Both the position numbers and the translations under genes were made by a program. This document shows, one piece after another, positions 61,946-64,000 of a stretch of 64,000 bases of DNA (its first letter is position 1; each line of letters begins with the position of its first letter). The DNA is from Escherichia phage TH09. The DNA lies in the sequence record MT446387.1; one strand, given 5' to 3'. A model generated the notes under the pieces. That model saw only the letters and a list, made by a program, of their open reading frames with translations, did no database searches and was not told the origin of the DNA.

Positions 61946-62632
61946 ATGAAACTGTCTAAAGATACACTGAATATTTTGAAAAATTTCGCTACTATTAACT
62001 CTGGCATTATGCTTAAATCCGGTCAATTTATTATGACTCGCGCAGTTAATGGTACAACTTATGCAGAAGCAAATATTTCTGACGTTATTGATTTTGATGT
62101 AGCAATTTACGATTTGAACGGTTTTCTCGGTATTCTGTCTCTAGTTAATGATGATGCAGAAATTTCCCAGTCAGAAGATGGAAATATTAAAATTGCTGAT
62201 GCCCGCTCAACAATTTTTTGGCCAGCAGCCGATCCGAGTACAGTAGTTGCTCCTAATAAACCAATTCCATTCCCGGTAGCATCTGTTGTTACTGAAATTA
62301 AAGCTGAAGACCTTCAACAACTGTTGCGTGTATCTCGTGGTCTGCAAATTGATACAATTGCTATCACGGTAAAAGAAGGTAAAATCGTAATTAACGGTTT
62401 TAATAAAGTAGAAGATTCTGCTCTGACCCGTGTTAAATATTCTTTGACTCTTGGTGATTATGATGGTGAAAATACATTTAATTTCATTATCAATATGGCA
62501 AATATGAAAATGCAACCAGGAAATTATAAACTTCTGCTCTGGGCAAAAGGTAAACAAGGTGCTGCTAAATTTGAAGGTGAACATGCGAATTATGTAGTAG
62601 CTCTTGAAGCTGATTCTACCCACGATTTTTAA
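61946..62632 (+). CDS. 45: sliding clamp gp45
   Basis: 228 aa, MKLSKDTLNILKNFATINSGIMLKSGQFIMTRAVNGTTYAEANI...; matches T4 gp45. Confidence 0.95.
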   Translation: MKLSKDTLNILKNFATINSGIMLKSGQFIMTRAVNGTTYAEANISDVIDFDVAIYDLNGFLGILSLVNDDAEISQSEDGNIKIADARSTIFWPAADPSTVVAPNKPIPFPVASVVTEIKAEDLQQLLRVSRGLQIDTIAITVKEGKIVINGFNKVEDSALTRVKYSLTLGDYDGENTFNFIINMANMKMQPGNYKLLLWAKGKQGAAKFEGEHANYVVALEADSTHDF

Positions 62633-62634
62633 TA

Positions 62635-62650
62635 AAGGGCTTCGGCCCTT
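62635..62650 (+). promoter_or_regulatory. UUCG-tetraloop hairpin in the 45-44 intercistronic region
   Basis: AAGGGC-TTCG-GCCCTT directly after gene 45 stop, followed by TATAATTTAC and the gene 44 SD; no U-tract, so more likely an RNA structural element than a full terminator. Confidence 0.4.
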
Positions 62651-62683
62651 TATAATTTACACTAAAACTTGAATGAGGAAATT

Positions 62684-63643
62684 ATGATTACCGTAAATGA
62701 AAAAGAACACATTCTTGAACAGAAATATCGTCCATCTACTATCGATGAATGTATTCTTCCCGCCTTTGATAAAGAAACCTTTAAATCTATTACAAGTAAA
62801 GGTAAGATTCCACATATTATTCTTCATTCTCCTTCTCCAGGAACAGGTAAAACAACTGTAGCAAAAGCATTGTGTCATGATGTAAATGCTGATATGATGT
62901 TTGTGAATGGATCAGATTGTAAAATTGATTTCGTTCGTGGTCCTTTGACTAATTTTGCCAGCGCCGCTTCATTTGATGGTCGTCAAAAAGTAATCGTTAT
63001 TGATGAATTTGACCGCTCAGGATTAGCAGAGTCTCAGCGACATCTTCGTTCCTTTATGGAAGCTTATAGTTCAAACTGTAGTATTATTATTACTGCTAAC
63101 AATATTGATGGTATTATTAAACCGCTTCAGTCACGCTGTCGAGTTATTACATTCGGTCAACCAACTGATGAAGATAAAATTGAAATGATGAAGCAGATGA
63201 TTCGTCGATTGACTGAAATCTGCAAGCATGAAGGAATTGCTATAGCTGATATGAAAGTTGTAGCAGCTTTGGTTAAAAAGAATTTTCCTGATTTTCGTAA
63301 AACTATTGGCGAGCTCGATAGTTATTCATCTAAAGGTGTTTTGGATGCTGGTATTTTATCACTGGTTACTAACGATCGTGGTGCTATTGATGATGTTCTT
63401 GAGTCTCTCAAAAATAAAGGTGTTAAACAACTCAGAGCTTTAGCACCAAAATATGCAGCTGATTATTCGTGGTTCGTGGGTAAACTTGCCGAAGAAATCT
63501 ATTCACGTGTAACTCCGCAAAGTATTATTCGTATGTACGAAATTGTTGGCGAAAATAATCAGTATCATGGTATTGCAGCTAATACTGAGTTACATTTAGC
63601 ATATCTTTTCATTCAATTGGCATGCGAAATGCAGTGGAAGTGA
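62684..63643 (+). CDS. 44: clamp loader large subunit gp44
   Basis: ATG at 62684 with GAGGAA SD gives 319 aa ([22 protein letters not shown]...); Walker [15 protein letters not shown] box, SRC motif. Confidence 0.95.
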   Translation: MITVNEKEHILEQKYRPSTIDECILPAFDKETFKSITSKGKIPHIILHSPSPGTGKTTVAKALCHDVNADMMFVNGSDCKIDFVRGPLTNFASAASFDGRQKVIVIDEFDRSGLAESQRHLRSFMEAYSSNCSIIITANNIDGIIKPLQSRCRVITFGQPTDEDKIEMMKQMIRRLTEICKHEGIAIADMKVVAALVKKNFPDFRKTIGELDSYSSKGVLDAGILSLVTNDRGAIDDVLESLKNKGVKQLRALAPKYAADYSWFVGKLAEEIYSRVTPQSIIRMYEIVGENNQYHGIAANTELHLAYLFIQLACEMQWK

Positions 63644-63644
63644 T

Positions 63645-64000
63645 ATGAGCTTATTTGAAGATGATATTCAATTAAACGAGCATCAAGTTGCTTGGTATTC
63701 AAAAGATTGGACAGCTGTCCAATCCGCTGCTGATTCTTTTAAAGAAAAAGCTGAAAATGAATTTTTTGAAATAATTGGAGCTATTAATAATAAAACTAAA
63801 TGCTCTATTGCTCAAAAAGATTATTCAAAATACATGGTTGAGAATGCATTATCACAATTTCCTGAATGCATGCCAGCTGTATATGCTATGAATTTAATTG
63901 GATCAGGTTTAAGTGATGAAGCCCATTTTAATTATCTGATGGCTGCTGTTCCTCGGGGTAAAAGATATGGTAAATGGGCAAAACTGGTTGAAGATTCTAC
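63645..64000 (+). CDS. 62: clamp loader small subunit gp62 (5' part; continues beyond window)
   Basis: ATG at 63645 overlapping gene 44 stop (TGATATG); open to window end; position after gene 44. Confidence 0.85.
   Translation, partial: MSLFEDDIQLNEHQVAWYSKDWTAVQSAADSFKEKAENEFFEIIGAINNKTKCSIAQKDYSKYMVENALSQFPECMPAVYAMNLIGSGLSDEAHFNYLMAAVPRGKRYGKWAKLVEDS

Overview
This window is a contiguous piece of a T4-like (T-even, Tequatrovirus-type) myophage genome. Identifications rest on reading the translated ORFs against remembered T4 proteins; no database search was run. Positions 1-17171 carry the late neck/whisker/baseplate operon on the minus strand: partial gene 14, then 13, wac, 12, 11, 10, 9, 8, 7, 6, 5.4, 5.1, 5 and 53. 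From 17219 onward everything is on the plus strand: 4, 2, 3, 1, 57A, 57B (Acb1 anti-CBASS), a 10-tRNA cluster, nudE, lysozyme e, denV, regB, tk, rI, nrdC, pin, 49, nrdD, nrdG, an nrdH-like redoxin, 55, alpha-gt, 47, 46, rpbA, 45, 44 and the start of 62. Between these anchors lie about 70 small or uncharacterised ORFs, punctuated by T4-type early promoters (GTTTAC-N18-TAnnAT), late promoters (TATAAATA) and GC-rich UUCG/GAAA hairpins. It is not T4 itself: the lysozyme differs from T4 lysozyme at three positions (from memory), there are 10 tRNAs rather than 8, and the e/denV/ip order differs. The best candidates for undescribed biology are: (1) the rI-nrdC accessory block (38.3-48.3 kb) with a paralogous gene pair, a nucleotidyltransferase-like protein beside an AAA+ ATPase, and four tandem coiled-coil paralogues; (2) five genes with capsid-targeting N-termini (internal-protein cargo) at three loci; (3) a four-gene array upstream of nudE/e sharing a conserved 3' junction motif; (4) a macro-domain protein near regB; (5) a structured non-coding region after the tRNAs. 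All functional proposals for these are inference.
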